A DNA stretch of 64,000 nt from Gekko japonicus. Taxonomy: Eukaryota. The position numbers were made by a program, and so were the translations under genes. The notes under the pieces were generated by a model that saw only the letters and a list, made by a program, of their open reading frames with translations, was not told the origin of the DNA and did not search any database. Position 1 is the first letter of the stretch; each line of letters starts with the position of its first letter. The stretch is taken from the NCBI RefSeq assembly GCF_001447785.1, contig NW_015170891.1, positions 171,427-235,426 on the forward strand, written 5' to 3'. Shown here piece by piece: positions 63,918 to 64,000 of this stretch.

Positions 63918-64000
63918 GTGAGTGTCTTGCCAGTGGTGATAGATTCTTTGAGTGCCTGTAGATTCCACTTAGTTTTCAGAAGCTTAATACATACCAGGTG

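Overview
Vertebrate nuclear DNA from a squamate reptile, probably a gecko (Sauria SINEs, RTE-BovB, L2, CR1, 5S-headed SINE, many hAT MITEs). The one confidently identified host gene is PSMB7 (20S proteasome subunit beta-2) on the + strand: coding exons 1-7 run from 29809 to 63917, all introns are GT-AG, and exon 8 lies beyond the window. Its CpG-island promoter carries a perfect ARE/MARE. A minus-strand signal-peptide-like exon at 5108-5194 may be the start of the head-to-head neighbour ADGRD2 (synteny inference only). The rest is a dense mobile-element landscape: a nested Gypsy complex at 1-4640, two solo LTRs, four RTE/BovB pieces, L1/L2/CR1 fragments and a 5.7-kb DIRS-type tyrosine-recombinase retrotransposon in PSMB7 intron 6 with clearly recognisable inverted termini and internal complementary region. 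Inside that DIRS is a minimal hammerhead ribozyme motif of the Penelope-like type with a 2-nt core deletion. Several repeat-free intronic blocks with PBX-HOX/MEIS motifs look like conserved enhancers. I found no clearly new biological system. The best leads are the ribozyme in the DIRS, a Gypsy insertion with a TSD but only one LTR, and several template-switch scars.
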